Source of the DNA: Epithemia pelagica
Taxonomy: Eukaryota > Protista > Bacillariophyta
Length of the DNA: 64,000 bases
Assembly (NCBI GenBank): GCA_946965045.2
Contig: OX337235.1
Location: 372,001-436,000, forward strand
Direction of reading: 5' to 3'
The position numbers were made by a program, and so were the translations under genes. This document shows, piece after piece, positions 1 through 11,457 of this stretch. The notes under the pieces were generated by a model. The model saw nothing but the letters and a program-made list of their open reading frames with translations. It had not been told where the DNA came from and made no database searches. The first letter of the stretch is position 1, and each line of letters starts with the position of its first letter.

Positions 1-930
1 GTGGTTGCGGCACTGGTGCTTGCGAGTAGTGTGGAGCTGGTTGTGGGGCCGTCAAGGACACGGCAGCATAGGCTGCGGCTGCTGTTGGTGCTGCTGTACC
101 GGGTGCGGGTCCCGGCGCATGGGTCAACGTGGAAGAAGCTGGAGCCGTGGCTGCGGGTGCTGGTGGATAGGACGACAGAGGATAGTGAGTGGTTGGTGGT
201 GGCGCTGTGGGGGCCGGGGGATAATAATAGGCCGTCGACGGTGGTGGTGGTGGATAGGCACTGTGAGCGGCTGCCGCTGCAGGTGGTGGTGGCAAGGCGT
301 GATGAGGAGGAGGAGGATGCATGTGAGCATAGGGATAATACGGCGAAGCCGCCGCCGCCGTGGGAAGCGGTGGAGGAGCATGAGCCGTATTCGTGGGAGG
401 TGCCTGAGACAGTCGGGCTCGTTTGGCGGCCGACTCTTGTTGTTGTTGTTGTTGTGTTGGAGCAGTTCCGGATGCATGGACCGCTGTCGTCGTGGTCAAC
501 GTGGATGGAGAAGGAGCCATTGTCGTCGTCGGAGCGGTAGTTGTGGCCATGTAGTTGGTGGAGGAGGACGTTCCAAGTGGCTGGTGGTTTGTGGTGAGGG
601 CCAAAGAATCAGATCTTTGTGGTTGTTGTTGTGGTGGTGGTTGGGAAAGAGGATAAGGATAGGATTGTGGATAGTGGGACGCCGGTGGATGGGATGGTGT
701 ATAGGATGATGGTGTTGCATAGGAAGGGGCTTGAGGGGTCGATCGGGGAGCCAAAACTGGTGGTGGTGCTTGCTGTGTTTGTTGCTGTGCTGCTGGTTGT
801 GAGGAAGCCGCAGTAGCAGCAGGAGTCGGTGCAGGTGGAGGATAGTTGTTCAATGTCGTTGGTATCGTGGTACTGCTACTAAACTTTTTGGTCATGTTGC
901 GCCATTGTTGAAATTTCTCATCCTGCACGG

Positions 931-962
<32 letters not shown>

Positions 963-2539
963 GATGGCATTGGTGGTTGCGCTGGTCCAGATTGTGTGGT
1001 TGTTGCTAGTTGTGGTTGTTGCTGCGACTGTGGGGCTGATTGTGATTGCGGCACGGATGGATACGACGAGCTAGATGGCAACGAGGATTGGTGCAATGCC
1101 AATGGGTTATGGGGTATCGTCGTTGTCGTTTTTGGGGCAGGAGTAGTTGTGGTGGAACCTGCCGAAAAAAGTGGTTGTGCTGATTGTCCTCCGGGCAAGC
1201 CGGCTTTGGTACTACCAATGGTATTCGCAGCGACCATACTCCCCGTTGTCGCTGTCATTGTAGATGGCCTTGTGGTGGTGGTTGAATACACGGTCGACGA
1301 CGTTGGTTGCGCTGCCGGTGCGGGCATGGTCACGGACGCTGATGATGACGATAGTGCCTGTGGTACCAATGGTGTCCCATAGGATGGTAGTTGTGATTGT
1401 GTTGTTGTTGTTGGTATCAGCGACGCATGAGTCGAAAGAGGAGCATGCGATGAGGCATGAGGAGAAGGAGGCAAGGACGACGCGATTGCCAAGGGCATTT
1501 GCATGGAAGAAGCAGAATGGGTGGTGGTTGCCGTTGTCGCTGTGGATGATGGTCCTTGTAGGTTGGTTGCGGTGGTTGGTTCGAGACGATGCGCTGCGGC
1601 TCCACCCCGTAACAAGTCTTGAATGATACCCACGGTCCAAGTTCGACCAATGGTCAAATAGACATCGTCTGGTAACCGTTGCAAGGTGGCCGCATCGTGT
1701 TCTTGCAAGACGGATTGGATGCGGTCTTTGGAAATTTTGCCCAAGGCTCGATTCTTGTCAAAATAGGATTTGCGCACGACAAAGAGCCAGGTTCGAAATT
1801 GTCGAACCGTGGCGGGATTATTGTGGGACTGCCCCAACAACAAGTCGCGACAAAAGCCCTTGCCGCGACGCGGACTTTTCAGGTAATCCGGCAAGTGTTG
1901 CAAAATGGCGGTCCGAATGGTGCGATTGCCGACATGAAAATTGGTTTCGCCACCCCGACCGGCAATAAAAAAGTGCGAGGCAAATTCGGATTCCTTGACG
2001 TGATATTCCGAAAAAAAGGCACCCGTCGTGTCCCCCAAAAACAAGGGACGTTTGTTGTTGGTATTGGTGGTGCGTTGGGGTGCTGCTGCTCCGGCGGGGA
2101 AGGATTGCATCACGGGAGAACCACCTAGAGGCCTACTACTACTACTGCCACTCGTAGTACTGTTCACGTCTTGTGGTTGTTGTGCTGTTTCGTCCTCTGG
2201 TTCCGGTGGCTGACCAAAAAACAAGTCCCAGTCATCCGTGGACAAGTCATCAGAATACTCTTCGTCGTCTTCATTGTGCGACCACAAATCATCATCTTCG
2301 TCATCATTATACACGGAAGAAGGATGTGGTTGGTGTTGTTGTGGAAGGTGAACACCCATGGTGTGGCTTGTCGTCGTCGTCGTCGTGGTTGTCGCCACGG
2401 TCGGCTGCTGAATGTCAGATGGAGGAGACACAGAGTTGGTCGAGAAAGAGGTTGGGACTCCGCTTCCTGCTTCTCGTGGTGCTTGTTTGGTTGCTGTTGC
2501 TGTTGCTGTTGGTGGATACGGATTGCTTGATTCCGACAT
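1..2539 (-). CDS. DUF6824-like domain protein with long P/Q/T/S-rich disordered C-terminus (copy 1, runs off window start)
   Basis: ATG at 2539 (rc of ttccgacat) matches the start of ORF 25636..28536. Reverse complement matches that gene throughout. No stop-terminated minus ORF in this frame appears in the track, consistent with a frame open to the window edge. Confidence 0.75.
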
Positions 2540-3778
2540 GGACGATTCAATCGACTACCAATCACTTTCACGTTTGTTTGTTCGTGTGGTTCGCTTGGCG
2601 TGGTTGGGTTTCCTCTTCCGTGGGAATCGAGAGAGGAGCGAGCCAGAGCTTCACTGGAAAGTACCGATTGCAACGAGCGTGACCAAAAACACGACCACCT
2701 CTGCTGGCTCTCTTTTTCAGACGTGACTGTCTGGTTCGTCAATTCTCCTTGTGAGAGAACAACAAAGAATGTAGAGAGGGTTGGAACGATTGATGAATGC
2801 CTTCCAGGTAGATCACCTTGGGAGAGAGCGAGATGATGAGAGGTGTGTGAGGAGCGAGATCCAAACAAAACCGAGAGAGAGGAAGAGTGTGCACTTGCTG
2901 GAGATGCTTTGCGCTTGCGCGTGGTTGACTGCAGTTTCCTCCTCGCTCTTCCTTCAATCACAGATCTCCCACACGCACGTTGGAGTTGCACGTGATATAG
3001 CGAGTCAGGCGGCAAAAGACGCCGGGCAAGCGACTGGATTGATATAGAAGGAGGGAGTCCGTTGAGAATTTTGTTGCAATACAAACATAGAGAGTAAAGA
3101 TAGATATTCTTAAGTCTCGGAATACGCCCCAGCGGAGATTCTGTTTCGCCGGCAGACGCGTTCGATTCTCAACCGAATCTTTTGGTGTGTCTGAAATCTG
3201 AAAGCTACAACATAATAATCGATAGGACAGTCAGTCATCCCTCCCTCGCTCTCGCATCTCCTATCTCCTCCGGCGTTCTTGCTTCTTGCATCACCCATTC
3301 TCGGAATCTCTGATCTCTGATACCATCCTGCCAGAACACGAACACTCGTCAGAACAACATTGTCCCTCTTCGGACTTCTGACACAACCAAATTTGCACAC
3401 GCACAAGGCACACACGCATCCAAATCCAAACCATTGTATCCTTGTTTTGTGAGTTGTGAGGAGACCATCCATTCCAGATGACCTCGCTCGACGGCAATTC
3501 CATCCAGACGCACACGCACGCCAATCCCACAAAGAAACGCGGCAACCGCAACCTCTGCCACTGATGACTGCACCCATCATGGTCTACCCTTTCCTCCGGG
3601 ATATATGGTATACTCCTAGGTAGTTTTCCTACCATAGGAGAGTTTCTAATGTCCTGTAGATGATTCGAAAAACATGGAACGCCACTCAAACTACAATGTA
3701 GGAGGGCCAAACGAATCCCAGTATATCTCGGATGGATCTTGGACACCACAGAAAGGGCAATGGCCCATCCTAAAAAGA

Positions 3779-3882
3779 TTGATTTCGAACCATCTCTTGA
3801 AATGGTCCCACTCGTCTACACACACACACATTGATTTCGAACCATCTCTTGAAATGGTCCCACTCGTCTACACACACACACA
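3779..3882 (+). repeat. Perfect 52-bp tandem duplication
   Basis: ttgatttcgaaccatctcttgaaatggtcccactcgtctacacacacacaca at 3779-3830 and 3831-3882. Confidence 0.9.
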
Positions 3883-4041
3883 TCCAAAACGACTGTCCTC
3901 GTGCAAGTATACCACTGAGAACGTCCCATGTTGGAATCTGATAACACTGGAAGGGAGGTTTGCAGCCGTAGCTCCATACAACTACTGACTGGACAATGTC
4001 ATACTTCCATTCCTGTGGAGCGTGGCACCACAAAGAAGGAT

Positions 4042-6441
4042 TTAACTGTCATTTTCTGGCACGGCGTCCTCAAAGCCCTTGGCAATCTCGTGCAAAAACT
4101 CGGACGATGGAGTCTGCTTCAGTGTCTCGTTTCGCAGCAACCGCTCCAAGCGTTTTCCACGTCCCAATGCAACGTCGGAATGAGACACCAAGACCTCCGA
4201 CGTTTCCCCTCCTCCACGAGTCGAAGAAGCCGCAAGCTTGGTCGCTCCAAAACGGTCATTGGCAGGCACTTCGATTATCAATGTCGAAATTGCATTGTGC
4301 GAAAAATTCATATCAGGTAAGGTGTTTTGCGATGGATCCTCGAGGCCAATCAGTATTAGAATACACAACCCAGTTTTGATGCCAGCGTCCTTAAACACCT
4401 TTTCCATGGCCTCGACTGCACTCGTGCGTTGCCCAGAAGTGTACGACAGTCGATTCTTTACACTCACTAGCATGGGACAATAGTGATCATAATTATTGTG
4501 TTTGTATCGCACAGGTATCACCAGGTCGTAAGCTGGGCAAGAGGCATATGCATAGGATGCCCTTGCACTTCGATACCAGTGCTCCAAAAGGCCACTCTCC
4601 TGCAGTTCTTTTAGGCTGTAACGCAAGTAATTACGGCACACTTGGATGAAATTGACGCTTGCTTTTCCAGTGCTATCAACGCTAGATGAATCATCATTGA
4701 TGCCTTGTAATCTTTTGATCCATTTCTCGAGTGGAACAGAGAGCTGTAACAGATCTTGTGATTTTTCCCAGCGCAACTCGTCTCCACAAGCTAGCATGTA
4801 AAAGGCAGCCGCGACTTGACCAACATCTCCCTTTTCAGGACGACACAATGCAGACGTATACATCTTGATGGCAAATTCGGACCAGAAAGAAGGAGGTTGA
4901 GAAAAGGCGCCAAAAGACTCGCAGTTCTCAATCATTTGGGACATGGCAAGCCATGCGCATACCGGATCCGGAAGGTACGCAATATCTGCCACAGATGGTT
5001 GTTCCGGGTCAAAATGAGTGAGATGGGCATACCCCCAAGCCACTTGTTTTGACGCAAGATCAAATGAAACTTGGCCCAATGGCAGACGAGCTGCCAAAAT
5101 TGAAAAACATGAACTCACGTTCTCCAATTCAATCTCGTAGGTCCCACCTTTCATCCGAAGCAAAATTGGGTCCAACGCTTTTTCTAGCTCACCCTTTAGA
5201 TGCATCCGAGCAAACAACGGGCGCCCATATGGGACTGCAACATCAAACTCTGTAGAAGATTCTTTATCGAATTCGGAACCATTGGTGATTGAAACAAGTC
5301 CAGTCGTCGTGATTTCGAAAAATGGAGCATACAATCTTTTGCCTGAGTTGTATGTTGATCTTGCTTCTCTTGAGTTGTTTGACTCTTGTGGTGGTTCCGG
5401 ATAGTAGTTTGCCAAACTCATGCTTGTTCCTGCAAACACGCCAACAATGTTATGTTCATTTCGTTCTTTTCGAAGCCACCATCGTATGCTTCGAAAATGA
5501 AACCCATCGCCATTGTTGATCAGGTTTTGGGACTCGTCAAAGAGCAGTACGACCTTTTTCGTTCTTGCCGCCTCTACAAAACCATCCAACTTCTTCCATA
5601 GAATTTCTCGGTCATATTTGGTGGTTCCAATTGTTTTAACGTCCAGAGTGTCGGAGAATATGTCACTGCCCCATGCTAAGTGCGTAACTTCACCATAATG
5701 GCACAGAATGAGTTCACAGTGAACGTTGCTTTGATTGTCACTGTTAAACATCTTTTTGCATTCGTGAAGTAATTTGGTTTTGCCAGTTCCACTCGATTGG
5801 ATGAGCGGAAAGTACGGAGCCATGTACTCGTCTTTTGCGGCGGACTCTTTCCATTTGAAAAGTTCTTCCACTCGAGCCTTGAACGCATTCAAGTCTCGCT
5901 TGTACAACATTGCGTTGTTTTTTATGTCAAAGTCGATAAAGGCCACTCTATGGGATTCATTGGGGGAAGAATCCATATGAATTACTTTTCCTGTTGTCAA
6001 AAAATGTGCCAAGTCAATCTTCAAATCGTCTTGAAAAGCTGCAGAGACTTTAGGACTTTTTCTCAAGAATTTGATCGATTGACTTCGAATTAAGTCTTTT
6101 TCTTCTTGTGACATATCTGTCTTGAACCAAGTGTCTTCCAAGTAGTCACCAAGTGTTTTGCTGTCCTCTGGTGGATTCGGAGAAGTAGCTTTCAAGTTTT
6201 GGCGAGTCGTACTCTTGTTTACTTTTTGTTTCTTTTCAGCTGGGCCGGTTTCGTCATTGGCCTCTCCACCCTCTCCCCCGTCGTTGTTGATAGAGGCCTC
6301 CCTCGCATTATGTGGAGAACCATTACTCTTCATTGCGACAAGTTCTATCGACCGTCGTTTTATCGTGGCCTTTGTAGGATCGGTATTGGGAATCGGTACA
6401 AACAACACATAGAAGCTCCACAGTACACCCAAAAAATGCAT
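4042..6441 (-). CDS. P-loop NTPase + restriction-endonuclease-fold protein, Crinkler/RHS-effector-like (copy 1, intact, 799 aa)
   Basis: Walker A IQSSGTGKTK, Walker B VVLLFDE, FAGT, STAND-like GRPLF, then KGDVGQVAA...YDLVIPV...VSVKNR (PD-(D/E)xK-like). ATG at 6441. Confidence 0.75.
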   Translation of the reverse strand: MHFLGVLWSFYVLFVPIPNTDPTKATIKRRSIELVAMKSNGSPHNAREASINNDGGEGGEANDETGPAEKKQKVNKSTTRQNLKATSPNPPEDSKTLGDYLEDTWFKTDMSQEEKDLIRSQSIKFLRKSPKVSAAFQDDLKIDLAHFLTTGKVIHMDSSPNESHRVAFIDFDIKNNAMLYKRDLNAFKARVEELFKWKESAAKDEYMAPYFPLIQSSGTGKTKLLHECKKMFNSDNQSNVHCELILCHYGEVTHLAWGSDIFSDTLDVKTIGTTKYDREILWKKLDGFVEAARTKKVVLLFDESQNLINNGDGFHFRSIRWWLRKERNEHNIVGVFAGTSMSLANYYPEPPQESNNSREARSTYNSGKRLYAPFFEITTTGLVSITNGSEFDKESSTEFDVAVPYGRPLFARMHLKGELEKALDPILLRMKGGTYEIELENVSSCFSILAARLPLGQVSFDLASKQVAWGYAHLTHFDPEQPSVADIAYLPDPVCAWLAMSQMIENCESFGAFSQPPSFWSEFAIKMYTSALCRPEKGDVGQVAAAFYMLACGDELRWEKSQDLLQLSVPLEKWIKRLQGINDDSSSVDSTGKASVNFIQVCRNYLRYSLKELQESGLLEHWYRSARASYAYASCPAYDLVIPVRYKHNNYDHYCPMLVSVKNRLSYTSGQRTSAVEAMEKVFKDAGIKTGLCILILIGLEDPSQNTLPDMNFSHNAISTLIIEVPANDRFGATKLAASSTRGGGETSEVLVSHSDVALGRGKRLERLLRNETLKQTPSSEFLHEIAKGFEDAVPENDS

Positions 6442-7544
6442 TGTTTGGAATCTAGGTGTAGTGGTAGTGGTAGTAGTAGTGATTCCTCGGTTTCATTCCA
6501 TCTCAAACATGATCCAATGCCGTTGTGTGATGACATTTCCACTTTCCACACATGTGATGTCGGAGAGTGCGGGATGGGGAACCGGCGGGTCAAGATTCTG
6601 TGGTCATTGGTTATGGTAGCCGCGACCAGTCACTTCCTAGAGCGCTGGCCGACGCGGAGAGCGAGTCGAGAAGCTTAGCGATCGATAGAGGTGCAAAGTC
6701 CCTCATCTTCATCTGCGTGATGTGTATCTGGGGGGTGTTGCGGACTGGCACACTGGATTCCTACATGCGGTTTGTTTGGGACACGGGAACTATATCGTTG
6801 TTCCCAGCTTTGTGTTTTGTTGGATTCTGCGGCAAGTGTGTCTCATTCTGCCGTTCCATTCTTTCTCTCTCTTCTTTTGTGGTGCATCAGTTCTCATCGT
6901 TCCACACGGGAGAAACAGCAAGAAATGAAGTATAGTGTGCTATAGTATATAAAGAGTGTGATTTTCGACAAGACTTTATGGACCAGGACAACACGTTTCA
7001 AACTGGGAACACAAGAGAGACAGACAGACAGACTACAACATAACATAATTTTTATGGATCCTTCCCAAGCCTAGCTAGCTAGTAACAAGTGCACGCACGA
7101 AACACATGGATCACACTACCTCGTCGTCGTATTCGGCATGCCAGAGCGCACGTTTCTAGTAGCAGTTTCTCAGAATGGTGGCATGAAAAGAACAAACCAA
7201 CCAACTTGAATGCCTCCGTTTATTCGGTGGACTCCAGGCTACCATTCCACATTTCCAAGAAAAGAGAGTTGCTGGAGTGATGCTACGAAACACTACGACA
7301 CTTAGCTTTGTGCGAGAAATCGGAATAGTGGTATCACAACATGAGTCCATACCGTAGGTGCTCTACAACAGAATGGTGAAAATATCTACAAGAAGAATCG
7401 ATGGGAGCGTGCATAAAACATGTAGGAATCATGCACGTAGCAAGAAAGGCTGGTGCCATCTACGGTTGGTTCGGTTCGGTCTGGCTGGTTCTCCCGGATG
7501 GACGACGGAGGATATGAAATTCGGGCACCACACATTGTTTTCCA

Positions 7545-9922
7545 TTAGTACAGGTTCGACGGAGCAGCAGCCGGCATGGTGGCTGTTGTTGTGGTTGGTA
7601 CGGCCATGGCATCGGTATCGACATCTTCCCACGCCATGGAATCAAACAATTGCAATTGTTGGTCCTGCAAAAAGGCTTCGGACGATGATCGAAAGGAGAG
7701 GTGGGTGGAAAAACTACTGCTGCGACTGCATCCCATGCTTGCCCGTCGCGTGGATCGACGTCGGGGGAATCGAGTCTCGGCGGCCGCCGGCGCCACCGCC
7801 GCATCGGGGTGTTCCAATCGCGACTGGTCGTGACGACACACTTCGACACTGGTCATGAGGCCATTTTCTTGTACCATTTGAATCATGTGAGTACCACTGC
7901 CAGCGCCATGGGTGGAATAATAACAACTGCCGGTGGAACCGCGACGCGTCGATCCACCGGATCGTGCCAACAGGACCTGAGAGGATTTACGACCAAGACT
8001 GCCATGTCGGTCCAAGGACGGTTGGGCTGTTTCGAGCACGGATTTGGACGGTGGTTCTGCCACATGAGCCGCAGTGTGCTTGGCGGACGACAACTCGGGT
8101 GCCGTTGGTTCCTCTTTTTGGGGTGAATGGGAAATGACTTCGACACTCACGTCCTGGTGGTGATGGTTGTTGTGGACCATGTGAATGGTATTGGTGGACT
8201 GCTGGGAGGACGACGAACAGGACGATCGACGACGACGATGGACCGTACTCGTCCATCCTGGAATGGTGTGCACGATACTGTCTTCGTCACCAAGGTCTGG
8301 TTTGGTGGTGGGAATGAAACGAATGGTGTGTCCCTGTCCGGGAGTTTGTGATTCTGGTTCTTGGTTTGGTGGGTCGTCGTCGTCGTGGTGTGGAGCTGCG
8401 ACGCGGCCGGAATGGCATCCAGAGTGGTAGGGGGTGTATACAAAGAAGAAGAACCCACCGAGGGTCGTCGTCGTCGTCCTCCACTCAGTATGGTGTGTGG
8501 TTCTTGGAGCGACACGGCACGTTTGGAAAACGACGCCGAACCAGCCGGAACGGGACGGGGAGCTCGAGGATTGGGCGAACTACTACTTCGAAAGGGTTGT
8601 CGTTTGGTCGTCCATGTTGTCATTGTTGTTGTCGCGGTGGTGGTTGGTTGATTCCACACGTGTGGTCCAAACACGAGCACGTCTTGTGGTGATTGTGATT
8701 GTGGTGATTGTGGTGATTGTGGTGGTGCAGGATCGTCAGGATCCTCCTCTTCAAAGACAATTTCCACATCTTCCTCCTTCCCAGCAGGGTGATGGGATTC
8801 GGTGGCAATGGTGGTACTGCCATTGCTGCCCCGACGCAAGGCCAACGAAAAGCGATGCAATCGTCGCAATGGCATGGGTGGTGGTTGGTCCATGGGGGGT
8901 GCGGCCGCCAGTGACACAAGAGTACTGTGGTTGTTATGGTGGTTGGAGTTGGGATGGTTGTTCTTGCTGATCCAGGACGAGAGGGGCACTCGTCGGCGGC
9001 GTCCTCCTCCTCCTCCACCTCCCAAAAAGGACGTACTGTAATTCGTACTGGTACTGTTGGTACTGGGAGGTGACCGGGGCGGCAAGGGCAAGGATCGATG
9101 GTGGGGTGCCATGGTAGTACAAGCCCAGGGATCCGTATTGGTGGTAGTGGTGGCGGCCATTAACTTGGCCGCCGCCGACGCATGCGGAGGAATGAGGGAC
9201 GAGGATGCGACCGACATGGAATCTCCGGCCGAAATATCCTTGACGGCGAGAATCAAGGAGGAAGAGGAAGAGGTTCGTGCCACGGGGATCTCTTCTTCTT
9301 CTTCTTGGAGAAAGAGTGGTTCTTCGTCGCGTTCCGTACTGGTACTACTATTGGTATGGTGCTCGTCCTCCTCTTCGTCCACTTCCTTGTGTTGGTACAA
9401 GGGATTGTTGGTTGCGCTAATGATGCTGTCCTGGAGTACCAGGGATGGTGGTGGTGGCGGTCCATGCTTTTGGCTGCTTTGACTCGACGATAAAGTTCGG
9501 GTTCGGTTCCTCCACAAGATGGAGGATGTTCGTTGCCGCAACGGAGATGATGACGAAGAACCTGTTGGAGGCGATCGTTGTTGGCTGCGGCTCCGGCTGC
9601 GGCTCCGGCTGCCCATGGAGGAGGATGGGTGATTCGTCAGGGAGGTGACGTGCACCACTCCACCCCATGACTTTTTCGGGGGTGGTTTGGTGCGGCGACT
9701 GGGAGAATTGCTTCGACTGCGATTCAGGGTCCGAGGACTGGGACTTCGGGTTCGACTTTGACGACTCGGAGGACTGCGTGTTGCGCCCGAGTCGCTGGGG
9801 AGCCGCTGTTCCTGGTGATTGGGTAGTGTTGGTGGTTCGTTGTCGAAAGAACACCATGGTTGCAATGCGCTATTGGTTGTGTTTGGGGAAATCTCAAAGA
9901 GTTTTTTTTTGGGTTCCCTCAA
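7545..9922 (-). CDS. Low-complexity S/P/T/R-rich protein, probably one gene with a frame switch or intron near 8270-8400
   Basis: 591-aa ORF 8147..9922 overlaps 242-aa ORF 7545..8273, whose frame extends upstream as DDDDPPNQEPESQ. No recognisable domain. Confidence 0.4.
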
Positions 9923-10864
9923 AGGCGTTTGTTTTATAAATTGTGAACCAGTGGTGGTTGTTTTCTTCTGGTTGTTGTTGTGGTTGTGGTTGTTTGGGTT
10001 TGTGAGTTACTGGGTGACCCGTTCTGGTTGGTGTGGGGGGGACCTCGTTGTTGTTGTTGTTTGTGTTGTTTGTTGTTCGGTTGTGTGGTGGTTGTTCGGT
10101 TGTGTGTTGTTTGGATAACACACTTGTAATTGTGGTGTACCTGTGTCTCTAAATTTGCGTTCCAACGGATGGATCGAGAGAGATAGTTACAACCGTTCAA
10201 CGGATGCTCGGAACGTTGGACCACGATCTGAGATCTTGGTGCACCCGGTAGCATCTCCTTGCCCAACCAAACAAATTGGTTGCGAACTGCAAGGGGCTTA
10301 TCTCTGGAAACGCCCGCCGAGCTTTTGGCGGCGTGAAAAGCGTTTCTCTCCCACTACCCCGATGCACGCCGGCAATGATTCGGAAGCTAGCAAAGAGATG
10401 CCCGCGAGTCTGCCAGTACTCCGGAGCGAAGCTCATAGAGAAAGTTATTCAAACAATTTAACGCCAATCGTAAAGAACAGGTTTTAAGCTTATGCGAGCA
10501 GCATATAGGTGTCTCCCATAAATTTTATCGGAGTCAACGTGCTGCTCGAAATGCTGTCTCCCTTATTAAAACAGTAAAGCAAGCTGTGTTAAGCAATGAC
10601 ACCTGTGTCATTTTTTCCCTCATTCATCGCGTCCAAGGTCACTCATTCATGAATGATACCAAAGCAATCTATTGTTACTTCTATTCCTTACTCGTCTACT
10701 GGCATTCCGTCAACACCGCCTCCCAACCGAAGATCATGAATGGTAAGTGCGCGGATTATTTCATACAGGAATCCAACCCATCAAGTGTTTCTTGTTTCCA
10801 TTCACCCCTCTAATCTTTTCCGTGCAAAAATGCAGGTCTCATTGAGTCGATCGAAGTTGCAGAG

Positions 10865-11392
10865 ATGCATCTTGAACCTGAAGACAACAATCAATCAAAC
10901 ACTGTTGTGATGGTCCCTTTCACTCTCCAGAAACCCCGAGTGCTAGTTACAGGAGAAAAGGGCAGTGTCATTGACGAGACCGCTGAAGCTACTGAGACTA
11001 GATATCTGCCCGGACAATACGCTTGTCCTGAAAGCATCAGTACAATTCTCCACAAACTCAACCACAATACGCCTCCCTCCCAAACTCACGGATACATGCA
11101 TTGGGAGAGTGTTTGCGGAGTCTGTCAACAAAATCCCTGCGTTATTGTCGACAATCTTCCTTACCTTCATGAAATCGCAATGCATATGAAGAAAAAAGGT
11201 GAATCGAATCGCAGTATTCGATATCAATTGTATCGCCGCTTGTTGAACAAGCTTCACGGCCCCCTTGGACGCGGCCACCGTGTACAACTTCCTGATTGTT
11301 TGGTTGATTTTGTTCGCGAAAACTTCCCCAACGAGAACCCAGATGAACAGTACGTTGGCTTTCGCGAAGGTCCTATCAATCACGACGAGTAA
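10865..11392 (+). CDS. Small Cys-containing protein inside the piggyBac, resembling the P2X7 C-terminal ballast domain
   Basis: CGVCQQNPC, then NRSIRYQLYR...LG.G.R..LPDCLVDFVRENFP...QYVGF, similar to the P2X7 tail LPSCCRWRIRKEFPKSEGQYSGF (from memory). Confidence 0.6.
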   Translation: MHLEPEDNNQSNTVVMVPFTLQKPRVLVTGEKGSVIDETAEATETRYLPGQYACPESISTILHKLNHNTPPSQTHGYMHWESVCGVCQQNPCVIVDNLPYLHEIAMHMKKKGESNRSIRYQLYRRLLNKLHGPLGRGHRVQLPDCLVDFVRENFPNENPDEQYVGFREGPINHDE

Positions 11393-11457
11393 TCAAGCAC
11401 TAAGAGACTAGCGTCAAAGTGGGTAATATTCTCTTATTTAGATTATTCAATTCTCTT

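Larger units (their letters stand above)
1..7100. repeat. Block A, inverted paralog of ~21230..28083 (NTPase-REase gene + DUF6824 gene + intergenic DNA)
   Basis: rc of 6920-7100 matches 21230-21360 (aaagtcttgtcgaaaatcacactctttatatac); position 1 aligns to ~28083. Diverged, with many indels. Confidence 0.9.

Noticed and set aside
1-2700. Many V/W/C-rich plus-strand ORFs (also 15245..16375 minus, 25909..28664 minus and others)
   Set aside because: Antisense or alternate-frame shadows of CAA/ACA/CCA-rich genes; no independent motifs.
3779-3882. 52-bp repeat as a CRISPR-like array
   Set aside because: Only two abutting units with no spacer, in a eukaryotic context.
4042-6441. Canonical oomycete Crinkler (LxLFLAK/HVLV) or NLR call
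   Set aside because: Neither N-terminal motif nor LRR/TPR/WD repeats is visible, so only the NTPase+REase architecture is claimed.
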